DNA of 64,000 bases from Neoechinorhynchus agilis (taxonomy: Eukaryota; Animalia; Acanthocephala). A program made the position numbers and the translations under genes. Location of the stretch: contig CM121343.1 of NCBI GenBank assembly GCA_051530055.1, forward strand, positions 3,008,389-3,072,388. The letters run 5' to 3'. Under the pieces are notes generated by a model. The model was not told where the DNA came from and ran no database searches. It saw nothing but the letters and a program-made list of their open reading frames with translations. Positions 32,690 through 45,450 of the stretch are shown here, one piece after another. The number at the start of each line of letters is the position of its first letter. Positions within the stretch are counted from its first letter, which is position 1.

Positions 32690-33517
32690 TTATGTCGACC
32701 AACAAAGAAGATCTTTACGAAGTGTAACCCTCCAGAGCTCAATCGCATCTCTTATGAGACCAGTTTCCATAGTAACACTTAAACCGCAACCATTATTATC
32801 ATATATTTTTTTTAACATACAATCATTCTGTCAATAATGGAATACTTTTTTCCCTAGTAATCCCTCCGACGAAAGCCTCAATGCGAGTCGATAGTTACTC
32901 TGAACCCGTCACCATCATCTTAGTTCTAAAAAATCATTATTTAATCAAAAACCGATCACAACATTTTGCACAAAGTTTTAACCAAAGATTTGTTATGTTT
33001 TCAGTTTGATAACCTGGAAAAGAACTTCAATGCATTGGCCGAGCCATAATTTCAGCTAAAGGCATAATTCGTTATCCACTTGGTTTTTTGTCCACTTGAC
33101 GAACACTGCGGAATAATATTAAAAATGCAGGGACACAGACTAACTAATTAATGGACAATTAAAGATTAGAAATGGTGTAAAAGCTGCAGAAACGATCTCA
33201 GTTATTTGACGTCTCTTCTCACCGATTCTAGTATTTGAGCTTTGAAGCAGAGTGGCTAAAATCTTTTTCGTTTGTGTCAAAAGAAGTTTAATGGCTCATT
33301 TAAGGGAACTTTTAGCTTGATTTTACGTTGCGTTCGAAGCGAAATAGAAGCTCAAATAAATTTTGTATTTTAGAGTGCACACATAAAGGAGGTCATTTCC
33401 TTTATTCCATAGTTAAGAATGAAATACACCTTTTTGATGGTCTGACTCATGTTACCGTCTCGCCTTGGCTTGAACGAGGAAATGCAGTGTATGTGCAAAC
33501 GGTGCGCTGTCGTCGCC

Positions 33518-34989
33518 ATGAACATATTCGTGAGTGGTGAATGGTAACTGTCATTTCTCATGCATTGTGCTTCTCAACCCCTCATGATTTCACCTCAGAC
33601 ACGATGTTTTCCAAATAAATCCGATTCCAACGCGGAAAAGCAAGTTATGAATCCAAACAAGGCGCAATGTATGAAGAATGCCGTTTCCGAGGAGACGAGT
33701 TCAAAGAATTATGATAGTGGTGTAGATTGCCCTACGAACAAATGTTACGCAAGTAATTCAACGAGAAACCTAGAGAAGGTAACCTAAACGCTGATTAAAT
33801 CCCTTTTCATTTTTAGCGTTCGCGCAGTCTAATCATCAGCATCGATCAGAGAAAAAGAATGAGGGCAATCCACAACTTGCGGACAGTAGTGGTACATCCA
33901 ACATTAATAAAAGTGGATACATTCCTCCTCCTGAGGTTATGAAAGCTTTCAGAAGCGGAATTGAACCCAGAATCAGACAGATCGTTTCTAGTGCTGAAAC
34001 TTTGCAACTTAAGCAGTGTCAACTGGTTTCCTGCCTTGACGGGCAGATTGAACAACTTCGCAATGATGTCAAAGTGGCATCCTCATGGAGGGGGATTTGC
34101 TCAATTGAGGCTTTCCACGAAAGAGGAATTGAGATTAGAAGTTTGTCAAATACGACCAACTATTATTCAGTCGATCTCAATACTCAAAAGTGAAGTTCAT
34201 AATATATTGGGCGGCCTAAAAAGCGATATCGCTGCATTGTCGAAGCAAGTCACTGATCATACTGCTAGTGTGTCCCGTGGATTACTTGTACCGAACTCAA
34301 TCCTGAGCACAAACAGATCGAGTCAGGACATTGAAGATAAATTCAATGAGCTTAAATTAACTACCGCTGATATTTTGGTTGCTAATATTCCACGTTTAAT
34401 GGTGTCCGAATTGGACGTCCACGAGGATTTTCAGTTGCAGGAGGATACAATTATATTGATTGTACGGCGAGGAATGGCTCTTGGTTGCAGTGACGATGAA
34501 ATTGTGAAAATGGCTTACGATGAAATTTGTACATATTGCGGAGAAAATCGAATCTGGATCTGCACGCTAGGACGACGAAATGATTGTACTTGGTCATTTG
34601 GCAACTACTGTGAAGATATGGGGTTTAATATTGCTGACAAGCACTTCGACTTAACAAGCTTCATGGTCCCATGCAACGCAAAAGATTTCGTTAAAACGGG
34701 TACTGTGAAATTAAGTACCATGAACATACAAGTTCGATACAAAGGCTACTCAAATACTGATCAATTAAAGGTGATTGTTGAAACAATCAAATCAGTGCTT
34801 GATATGCCCGATCGCGCTCTCGAGAACAAGGCAAGACTTGTTCGGGATAGGATTGAACATCTCAACGGACAAAAGACTGCGTGTTTTCTTGGAGCTGATT
34901 TTAAACAATATGGCGTAGATTCAACGGCGAGATTTTTGCAAACACAGATCAATGCCATTCAAATTGTCATTTTCGAAGCCAATAATTAG
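33518..34989 (+). CDS. Coiled-coil protein with two C-terminal dynein-light-chain (LC8)-like domains
   Basis: Proposed exons 33518-33529, 33599-33778, 33828-34073 and 34171-34989 (GT-AG, in frame). DEIVKMAYDEI...WICTLGRR and ENKARLVRDRIEHLNGQKTACFLGADFKQY...IQIVIFEA align by eye with LC8 [29 protein letters not shown]...ILLFKS. Confidence 0.5.
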
Positions 34990-35642
34990 ACTGAAACAGT
35001 GATTATAAAATTCTTATACGATACAGTAGTATTTTTAGTTACGAGTACCACTATAAATCCGAATTAAAATTGCCGCCAGCATTTGCTGAACAAATATTCA
35101 ATAAAACTGCCTCACTGGTAAAACAATTAACGCATTCGATTGACGTTCTTAGGTTTATAGTCGATTTTACCCATATTCAATATCAGATCTTGGCTCAGGC
35201 TTGAAATATCACGTAGATTATATATCCAAACTACTTAAGAGGATTTGTGGCATTGCTTTAAAGTGTTCACTGTAGTAATGACATCCGCTCATGTTGCAAG
35301 GAGTGATTACTTCTTAGATTTTCGAGATTTTTGTATGCAAGTTCAAAAACTTTGCCGATCAGTGGATAACTGAACTTTCGGTTGCCAAGTTCCAAAACAC
35401 AATTTCTTCGCGGTATCTTAAGTGGATACAATACAAATCTAATTTAATCTAAATATTCATGATCTAACGAAATATTGCTACGGAATTCTGTATTTAACTC
35501 GATCGTTTAAATTGCTAGGGTTGAAGGAATGAGCAAATAATTGTGCGAATTCGTGGAAAGGTGAAGCGGGAGATGCGAAGGATGCCTTTTTTTAAAAATG
35601 TGATTTTTTACAGTCAGTGCGAAGTAACAGTTTATTAATATA

Positions 35643-37220
35643 ATAATAATACGTTTATTTGTTTGTTAGATAACAAGAATTCGACCCATGTACCTTTTGG
35701 TCCTATTTGGGGCATTGTATTTGACGAAGATAAGGTTATCGTTATTTGAGCGATAAACAATAGTGGCATAAAAATATAGAATGCGGATTTGGTGAGGACG
35801 GAGGAAGTCCGTTCGGTTGAGAATATCCGGTCAAGGTATATTCGTTCGGGTGGGAATATCTTGGTGGGTATTGGCAGTTATTGCTTGCAGGAGAGCTTAT
35901 GAGGTTGGGTCTTTCCTCCGGCTCATTTCGGATCATGATATCCGGGAAGATTGGGCAGTAGGGAAACAGTAACGGAAGCAGAGGGAGGTGCAAGGAATAG
36001 GAGGATGAAGCGTAAAAATGGGAATAAAATGTAGTGAAAATTGCGGCGTCAAAGTAGGGATGTGTTTTGATTGTTTAATGAAAATTTTATAAAGGCATTT
36101 GGCAAGCGGGGTAAACTTGATTGCGCAAATTTTAGAGGCTTTTCTATCAAACGTTTCGAGGCGACGGATTTGTGATTTGCACAAATTGCAAAAGACGGGA
36201 TAGTCGTAGGTGAGGGAGGGCAAAATAAAGCTATAGTAAAATTTGGCGATCTGGCGAAAAAAACTCTTAAATGGCGGAGACGTTAGACGATGTAAATTTT
36301 AAAGGCATTGCGCTTGAGCGAGAGTGAAATGCGCGAGTCCCATATCAGGTTTGAGTGTAATTGGAGACCAAGAATTCTGAGGAAGATGACTCTTCGGGTG
36401 CCATTTATAAGCTCGGGGTAGGATTTGGGGGTACGGGAGATTGCGGGGATCATTTCGAAGCATTTAGAGAAATTTAGGTGAAGTTTGTGATTGGTGCATA
36501 AATCTTTTATGTGTGTGATTTCGTTAGAGGTTAAGAAGAGGAAGAAGTGGGGTGGTGATTGAGTGCTGAGGGTGAGATCGTGTGCATATAAGAAAAGTTC
36601 AGAGTGAGAAGAGAGATGTTTGAGGTCGTTTAGGAAAATATTAAAAATAAGTGGTGGCAGCACCTTGAGGTGCGCATTGGGGTGAGGGATATTCTGATCG
36701 AGGAGGTAGAACGGCAGTGAATGTATTGTTTGTGATTGTGAAGATAATATTCGAGCCAGCGGATCTGCCACAAGTTGAAACCAAAATCGGAACAGGCCCG
36801 GAGAAGGAGTTAACAGTCCACGGAGTCGAATGCTTTCGATAAATCCAGTTGAATAAGACGGGTGAGGTGGGAGGGACTGTTGCCGGGGTTACGTAGAAGC
36901 GTTTTATAAATGTAAAGTTGGGCACCGGTTGCAGAAAATTTGGGCCGGAAGCTGAATTGTAGGGGCGATAATTTGTTGTTGAGAAGTGAAAGAAGGCGAG
37001 ATTTAAAACATTTTTCGATGCTTTTTGAAAGAGTGGACACAATGGATATTGGACTGAATGATTATGTGGAAATCGGATGTCTTTTTCCGGAGGAAGGATA
37101 ACTTTAGCAGTTTTCAGCCCTGAGGGTTAAATGTCATATAAAAAGCTGTGGTTTATAACGTGGGTAAGAGGGTCTATGAGTTCGGGGATGATGCAGCGAA
37201 GAGCCCAGTTAGGGATTTCG
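35643..37220 (-). mobile_element. CR1/L2-type LINE copy 2, near-identical to copy 1 and inverted
   Basis: ORF-track peptides at 35742, 35933 and 36283 match those at 14744, 14514 and 13967 with only 0-2 residue differences each. Same 3' tail. Confidence 0.9.
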
Positions 37221-39237
37221 GACTATCGGGTATTTGTACACCAATCTGTGGGATTAATTGACTTATAGAGAGATCTTAGTTACGAACCCGGTCGTTCGGA
37301 TTGTCTGATCTATTAGATTTTTGCTACTTTGAGCAAATCAGGCTAATTGAAAGATGGAGTATTAAGAATTCTTAAGAATTAACCGATTTGTCATCTTTGC
37401 ACGTTTTGTCGAAATACTCTCGCGCTTGATATTTTTTAAATGCCCCATAAAGCGATGAAACTTTCCTGACAAGAATTATGTGCAGATTACGATTTTTATC
37501 TCGGATTAGCTTTATACTATTACCGCAGATGTTTCCATTAGCAAAAATGATTTATTTTCAAAACGACAATCAATCAGGATAAGTTTATTTTTCATTATGT
37601 GCGGTTTCATTATTTGGCGTAATAATATTTTTAGCGCAACTTCCATAGCTCTATAATGCCTTTTTAAATTGAGACGAATCCTTAGTACGATTTAATTTAA
37701 TATTCTGGATGTAGAACTTTATTTTAAGCCATAGGATCATTCACACCACCGCTTTGGGTCACTCAGCTGCCGTCCTGGTGTAACGGTATATAATATTTTA
37801 TTTAAATTGCTCAAATTTACTAGAGGAAATAGAGCAGAATTAATTAGAGCATTTAGCCCTTCACATCGCTTTTCAGAAGTTACATCAGGACTACTGACTA
37901 GCCATCGGATTTTGCAAAATAATAACAAATATTTTATCAAATGTCTATAGGATGAGCGAACCTTAGTAACTGAGATATTTGCCGTATGCTGCCGGACCAA
38001 AATGGTCGTGATGACCAAGAAAATTCCATTAAAGTGCTTAAAATAAAATTTTGAGCGGTGATCATACGTCGCAGTTGCCTACCTTTAAGGTATACGAATA
38101 AATGTTCAAGATCTACACTAAGATAATGCGCTTCCGTCTTGAAATTGGGTTGAAAAAAGCGGGGGTATATTTTTTAAATTAAAAATGGACTCCAAAAATA
38201 CATAAAATAAGCCAATACATGGTGAGAACGGCAATATTTAATTTTGGATATTTAGAAGTATGAATTTTTTGCTGAGTATTTAGGATGAAAGTAATGATGG
38301 ATGCGCTGAGTGCTTGTCGCAAGTCATTAATCATTGCTCTCAGTTTATGGCGTGAAATTATCCAGAAGGAAGTTTTTCTTATAAAGATAAGCGCTTCTTT
38401 ACACCGCTGAGCAAAAATAGTAGTATTTTTTGAACGCTCCAGTAGCGGCACGTGCAGAGGCGATATTTCAAGAAAGTATTAAAATATCTTATGAATAGTG
38501 TGTTCATTTTTCATACCTAATGGGGACGCCACATAACCTCATTGATCAAAATGATTTCTAGATTTCTCGCATGATATTGATGAAATGACCATTAACGAGA
38601 CTGGAGCTACTTATTATCGGAATATCTCGACTTTAGATTGGCTTATCGTTCTTCAATCGATCAAAAGGATATGTGATGATTATAGAGCACAGCGAATCGA
38701 AGATAACAGGATGTACGGTTGCACAGGTTTGCTTTAGTCTTATCATGCTTTCTACTACCCCAAATGGTGACCGCATCGCTTCCTCACTGCATTCCAACAA
38801 GCACAGCGAGACAGTCTCTGCCGACAAGACTACTTTTATAGCTATAAACATGCCACCTAGCGATGATGATCTTAAACGACCGGTTTTAATTCCACTTTGC
38901 GTCCACCTGCAGTGCGTGTACGACCGACCGACCACAACCGTGCACCCTTTTTTTTCGAAATAATCGTGGATTGAAAGCAGCGGTTAAAAGGATTTTTCCG
39001 GGAAAAGGGCCACCGCCTAGATTCAAGAAACGACAAAATTTTGAAGATTATCTTCGCTGAGCAGTGTATGTGCATTCTTGGTACCAACACGCACCTCGTT
39101 CCTCGCAGTAACAGACAGAAAAATAGCTACGAGCGTTTCCGCATACACACAAAACTGCTGTAGAGCAATATATAATTTTGTCTCTTCGTTCTTTGTCTGT
39201 CTTATGCTATTGGCACATATCTCAAACAAGTCTTTTC

Positions 39238-39564
39238 TCACGTCATTTCCAAAACCGTTGTTGGAATAATGACTCTGCATGCTACGGCGTAGAGGATTAA
39301 TGCTAGCATGTAAGACAATAACGACCATCGGACTGATTGCCTTGCAAAGTCCTCCGCCAAGCTTGGCCAATATACTAAGCTAGATGGACGCCCATATTCA
39401 TTGGCTTGAAATGATTTGTAGACAGCCATTATTCCCGTCGGAAAAAACATGCAAAATGCTAGAAGAGACATGAAAATGTGATCATTAATCACCGGCCTAT
39501 TTTTCAAGTGTTTATCTGCTGCACTCTTCCTAATTCCCATTGATCGAGCCTTCCTATCCATCAT
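39238..39564 (-). CDS. CD225/dispanin-family membrane protein (TMEM91/SynDIG/PRRT-like)
   Basis: INDHIFMSLLAFCMFFPTGIMAVYKSFQAN...AEDFARQSVRWSLLSYMLALILY fits the dispanin pattern DHL..S.....CF.P.GI.A...S followed by a second hydrophobic helix. Confidence 0.65.
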   Translation of the reverse strand: MMDRKARSMGIRKSAADKHLKNRPVINDHIFMSLLAFCMFFPTGIMAVYKSFQANEYGRPSSLVYWPSLAEDFARQSVRWSLLSYMLALILYAVACRVIIPTTVLEMT

Positions 39565-39628
39565 CACCAATCTTCGTAATGATTGCTGTCTCCTTGGTAA
39601 CCCAATTTTCCTCGTTATTATAGGCAGA

Positions 39629-42069
39629 ATGGATTATTTTCTCCGTTCCACCAACACTCCGTCGATGAGTACCATGCATTACTCCAGTAAGTAAAACGTT
39701 TAGTATGATCTGTGCCCCCAGTTAGGCCAATAGAATTAAATCAAGAATCTAGTTCAAACTCGTCGTTGAACTCACTAAATGAACACTTGAAACCGGGAGA
39801 GCTTCTGGATCTGTCACCTCCGGTGAATGTACGACTTCAGGCATCATCGGCCTCGGCGGCATCATTTGCTGTGGCGTCTATGAATGCCACCACTACCACC
39901 ACCACTACCACCACCACTACGGCGGCTAACGCCGCCACGGTCGTGACCAGTCCAGATAAAGGACGTGAATTCGACCAAAAGTTGTTCGACATTTTAAGGG
40001 TGGAACCCGAAGACCTGGCAAGTCAGATTACAGTACTTGATTGGCCAGTATTCAAGCGGATTGAACCCTTTGAACTGACTAGTTGTGCGTGGAATACCAA
40101 GCATAAACTTACAAAGACTCCTAATATTGTACAATTTATTCGGCGGTTCAATCATACAAACTTTTGGGTCCAACACGAAGTGTTGCATGCAGCCGGGGTA
40201 CGAGCTCGGGTGGATATAGTATCGCATATGATAAAAGTGGCAAAACGGCTACTCGATTTGAATAATATCAACGGTTTAATGGCCGTAGTAACCGGTTTGC
40301 AGAGTGCTCCGGTTTATCGGCTTGAATCGACGTGGAATGTAAGCAAAGGCTCTAAAGTATTCTCATTGTACAAACACGTCCGTGATATTTAGGCGTTGCC
40401 AAAAAGAGATAGAAACGCATTCAACGCACTCACCGATCTCTTATCAGAGAATGAAAATAGACGGAAGCTTAGGGATCATCTTTCCATGACTCGACTTCCA
40501 TGTATTCCGTTCCTGGGACTATACCTAACAGACCTAGTCTACATTGACACCCTCCACCCACATACTGGAGGCATCGAGAGTAATCAGCGACGAAACCTAA
40601 TGAACAATATTTGTAGAGTTATTTCGGAATTCCAACAATCCAATTATTCGTTCCTTCGCCAATTTGACTACATTCAAAAATATTTGCATTCCGTTAGGTA
40701 TATTGAGGAATTGCAAAAATTCGCCGAAGACGACAATTTCAAGTATGTGAAAATCACTTTTTATCATCTCATTAATTCACTATTCAGATTATCCTTATTG
40801 CTGGAACCATCCGCTTGTGCATCACCGCCACCGCCACCACTACCGCCACCATCACTACTACCACGGCCCTCATCATCATCGTTCATTATTAATGGAGAAA
40901 CCAATAAAGTGTCAATTGTCAGTGGTGCTAATCTCAATCAATCAAAAGTTGCAAATGTCAATAAGTCAACAAAGAAGAACATTGCGACCACGATCAATCC
41001 GATTTATCCACTTTCTATGATATCGGTTGTTGACGTTATTCTCTAAACAAAGGAAAATAATGCTTTTATGCTCTAAAACTCACTTTGTCAACAACCGGTA
41101 TGTGGCACAAGTATGGCGATTGCCGATTATGGGCTATTCAATAACCCAAAGCGAAGAACTCAATCCGGTGCTGACCATCAGACACTCACCGTGCTGGCAT
41201 CTAGCAAACTGCACACGAGTGACCGGTTTACTCATCACCGTAAAACAAGAAGTGATGTTACCTGTTTCCAGACAAAACGAAAGCTGGATGATCTGAAAAA
41301 CAAGTCTTTACTCGATGATAGTGTTCTCGATGAAGATGCTGATACTCGTAGAAGCTCAACGGAATCACCCCCACTGGAAGAGCCATGTTGTCGAATGGTA
41401 TCCAGGAACTTTAGAGAATCACTATTAAGGAGTGTACGTTTTCCAGGATTATCGTCTGGAGTGTTTTCTCCAAATGACAAAAATTCTACTACTGCAATGC
41501 AGAACGAAGTTAGAGTTAAGATCAAGTTTGAAGGTCCTCTAGCACGAAGGACCCTGTTGCGAGGCTTTAAGAACCCATTATATGGAGGATGGCGGACATT
41601 ATGGGTTAGCCTAACATCACAGTGCCATTTAATGTTGTTTAAACCAATATCTATGTCATCCGTATCGATGGCTTGGATTTTCTCCTCCAAAATGAATCTT
41701 AAAGAACGTAAGGCATTCGCTGTCAAACCGTACAAATGCTACGGTCTGACAAGCAGATGTATGCTATTCATGCTGGACGACCAAGATGGACTAGGAAAAG
41801 AAAGTACAAACCAGTTTCAACTTAACGATCTCAGGAAAGGTAATGTGTATAAATTCCGAGCTGACGATCATGAAAACGCTAAGAAGTGGTTCGAAAACTT
41901 GTCGGGAGCCATTAAGCGCTTGAAAAGGCAACAGAAACCCGGTTGGCCTACTTATAGTAAACTCTGTGAAAAGAATAAAGGAGAACAAATTACTGCAGAG
42001 TTGAAAACCGACGCCGATTCATGTAGTAACTGGTCTGCAGATGACAATGATTTGATTTATTTTGATTAA
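39629..42069 (+). CDS. RALGPS: Ral GEF with PH domain (RalGPS1/2-like)
   Basis: Introns 39687-39721, 40339-40392 and 40743-40787; the junction near 41020-41110 is unresolved. RasGEF motifs (DLASQITVLDWPVFKRIEPFEL, FNHTNFWV, SAPVYRLESTW, PCIPFLGLYLTDLVYID), YLHSVRYIEELQKF, LLDDSV, and PH domain (EGPLARRTLL...GNVYKFRA...AKKWF). Confidence 0.92.
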
Positions 42070-42734
42070 ATATTCTTCACTTGTTTTTTGAAATTGTGAA
42101 GTCGTGGAGGTGCTTATATCTATTTATTGCAAAAAGGATTTTTGAGCCAATCCGGCGAAACTTTATATTCCCGTACCACTTTTATATTATTGAATCTAAC
42201 TCAAACGAATCGTTTTTGCTCTTCCAGAATTTAACTATAGCAAAACATGTCCATACTTCGACTCCTTAGAGCAGGTATTAAAATGTTTTAAATTGGTGAA
42301 AATTAGACGTAACACGAATTATATTTATCATTGTTTCAAGATTGAATTGTTCATGTTTTGCAATTTATTAAATTCGATATTTCGGCACAATATTTTGCAT
42401 TTTTCAAGGTTGTTTAGGTGTTTTGATATTAAAATTTCTCTTGGTATCATGTTTTTGTGATAATAGGACGTGCTCTTCAATTTTAACATTGACGTGTTCG
42501 AATCAGACATCTTAAAAGCCACATAAGACAAAAAGAATTTAATGTGTTATATTTAAGGAGAAATCAATCGATTCTGTTGTGACTTTAATGTTATGTCAAA
42601 GCGTATTTACATGCTATTTTTTGAAAATAAATATCGTAAGTCATTTCGTATTTCCGGTTGGATTAGCAGTGTAGCATACGATAACAAGGTTTGTTTCTTA
42701 TACAGTCACAATTCTATTTTGTGCATTGATCGAT

Positions 42735-43385
42735 TTATTTTTCACTACCATCCTTTCCGACAATCCTAAGAGTCCATTCCCAGTTTGCATATTCAGTACC
42801 ATAATCGTCGAAGATCACGCATTTCATGATATACTTTCCTCTAGCGATTAGACCTTTAGGTGCATATTCCATTGGACTTTCATACACATTTCCTTTTAAG
42901 CAAGGGGCGTGACTTCCAATCATGTAAATGCTTTTATCGGTCACGGCAATATGTTGCATTAGAGCATTGCTTTTTTTGATATTAACGTGCAATTGAAGAC
43001 CCGTGACAATATCACGTTGAACATAGTATTCTAGACGAAACTTGTAAGGACAACCTTCCTGTAGCTGGATTTCCTTCTTGGTATGTTCTTCGAGTTTCGA
43101 CCGTTCAAGCGAGAAATTCACAGTTTCTACTATATCGCTCTTATCAAAAATGAGAAGGTGAATCGTTTTTGGTATGACACATCTTTCGTCATCCACGTCC
43201 AATATAATCGGCTCAAATGATGGTAGCAATTCTTGTTTGTATCGAAGAAGACTCGCATCACTCGCGTCTTGCTTGAGAATGTCGCTTAAATTACGACGCA
43301 CCGGTGGTCTATATGAGCTATGAAGCTCATTGGCGGGCTCCGTCTTTCCTTCTTGGTCACCTTCGTTGTCATCGTCGAAATTCAT
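42735..43385 (-). CDS. ARHGDI: Rho GDP-dissociation inhibitor, intronless
   Basis: YRPPVRRNL...DASLLRYKQELL, LQEGCPYKFRLEYYVQRDIVTGL, YMIGSHAP, EYAPKGLIARGKY, WEWTLRI. Confidence 0.93.
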   Translation of the reverse strand: MNFDDDNEGDQEGKTEPANELHSSYRPPVRRNLSDILKQDASDASLLRYKQELLPSFEPIILDVDDERCVIPKTIHLLIFDKSDIVETVNFSLERSKLEEHTKKEIQLQEGCPYKFRLEYYVQRDIVTGLQLHVNIKKSNALMQHIAVTDKSIYMIGSHAPCLKGNVYESPMEYAPKGLIARGKYIMKCVIFDDYGTEYANWEWTLRIVGKDGSEK

Positions 43386-44833
43386 CTATGACTACTTATC
43401 GTCAAAGGGAGCAGCAACGAAAGGAAGGCAGTATCGATCTTGAAGGCAATAGGTACCTTTACAAAACTTATCTCTCGATATTGTGAAGCTAATCTGGGAG
43501 CCTTAAGGCGTGACGATATATAATAAACCTTTTGTGTGTGTGTGTGTGCTTTCGAACATGGAAGCGACGGCAAGGTGCTGAGGAGCTCTCCCCGTAGGGA
43601 GATTTTTCACAATCATGAAGATTGATGGCAAAATAGAGAGAAACCTGCCTGTTGCGAGGGCAAATTCCGAAATCCGCATGCGTAACAACGATTTTTGATT
43701 GGCTGCGCTTTACCAAAATCAGCCAATGACCTTCACGCATCAAAACCACGGCAATATTTTCAAATTGAGTAAGATTTTTCGCTTAAAACTTATAAAGCTT
43801 GTGTCAAAGAACGTATTAAACCGATGTCGACCTCAGTCCGTACGTCTTCCTCTAATTTATTCAGAACGCCTTAGTGGGAAATTCGTACCGAAAACTTCCT
43901 GAAATAGTCAATAAAGCATTATGTATCTTTGCGCTCTCCCCATGTCTCATGTACACCCCTATCTCCCATACACCTGTCGCAAAGACGTAATAACAATTTC
44001 TCATTCTCGACTAGACATGATAAAGTATCTTATGCACTATAACCCATTTTCTTAAAAGTCTACTTCGAACGATTTTGACCCATACGGCGGCTACTACGAA
44101 TTGTCCACTCACGAACATTTGTACGACGCATTAACGGGCTCGTTTCGCTCGATCGGTAGCAGCAACATTTGTGAAACAAAAAGTGGCGGTGGGACGAGAG
44201 GTCTCCAATGCAACTACCGAAGATCTTATTTTACCTAAACCGAAACGGCAAACGTGTGACTCAGATAGTCGACCTTTTATTAGAATGATCAAAAACTTCG
44301 AGCTGGATCTAAAGCCCTTACATCACCTTATAAATTCCGGAAATGAACAGTTTGAAACTTGTGTTGCTTCTTATGGTCAGCGGTTTCAGTTAGGGCAATT
44401 CGAGGTCCGCTCAAATCTCACGGGAATCTAAATGTCTACTCGTTTACCTCCTTTCCCAGCCTTACGACTTGTGTAGGTCGAAAGCGATGTACTTTCTAGT
44501 TAGTGGGAACATCAAATCCTGATTTGGTGACATTCCGTGAGGGTTTTGATCGGGCTCTATTTTTCTAGAGCTGAATTTAGGTCATTTCTGAGTAATCTAT
44601 GTCCAATATCCATATTTTAATCAAAGGAAATTCCGCCATCCGAACAATCTTCTGGAATGCACATAAGCTTCATACCTGCGCTTTAATTCGGCCAATGATC
44701 CTTTGCAAAAATGACTATTTGCTCATTTATGTCCTAATTTAAATCAATGATAATGTGAAGACGAGAAGGTGCTCGCTTTGAGATTGCATCTATAAAAGAT
44801 ATTAAGTATCAATGTGCGGCGACCTTTTTCCAC

Positions 44834-45054
44834 GGCTGATAATTTTCCTTGGGCACACAGCCCACCGATCTCCTCTAAAGAGTTTGTACATCCTCGTCCG
44901 GATTCTCAGGTACCTCCCGATGAGGCGGGACTCAGTGAGTTTCCTCCTCCCTTCATCGAGGTATTTCGTCCCCTTTGGTTCCCTTTGACCCAAACTGGGA
45001 TCAGGGGCAGTAGTCCACTTGACCACCTCGGCACAACTGCGGAATGTACAAACT
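44834..45054 (-). mobile_element. SINE family 1, copy 2
   Basis: A-box GGTGGTCAAGTGGACTA retained and B-box region deleted. Body GGGGACGAAATACCTCGATGA...GGAAACTCACTGAGTCCCGCCTCATCGGGAGGTACCTGAGAATCC. Confidence 0.85.
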
Positions 45055-45450
45055 AAGCCAGTTTTAATTTGTTAATTCAGAGCCATTGAATTTTTCTATT
45101 TAGCCGGTAACATTTATTAAGAATCGATTAAACCACTGGTGTGAAACTCGTCATTGATCTCCGACCGGCTATTCCCACCCGAACGGACATCCCCCGAATC
45201 GGATTTGCCCATTCTACCGAGCCCATGATCTATTCAAAAATCAACAATTGGACATCAAAACTTAAACTATCATGAACCGGACGAAAGACCCAACCTAACA
45301 ATCTCTCCTGCGATTCTAACTTCTTAAGTAACAAATAAACGCGTTATTATTGGCTGATTTCCAATACGCCATTTTAAGCACAATTAGAAAATCGATCAGG
45401 AAGAACCCGTTGACTTCGACTTGGGTTATCGTCCTTTGAAGAAACCAAGG

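Noticed and set aside
38633-39280. Additional minus-strand gene downstream of the dispanin ORF
   Set aside because: Three short overlapping frames with no recognisable domain or consistent splice path.
43532-43548. (TG)n microsatellite upstream of RhoGDI
   Set aside because: An ordinary short microsatellite.
44171-44500. Possible decayed PLE linker plus hammerhead-like GACTT-GTGT-AGGTC-GAAA
   Set aside because: No CUGANGA is present and the protein similarity is too weak.
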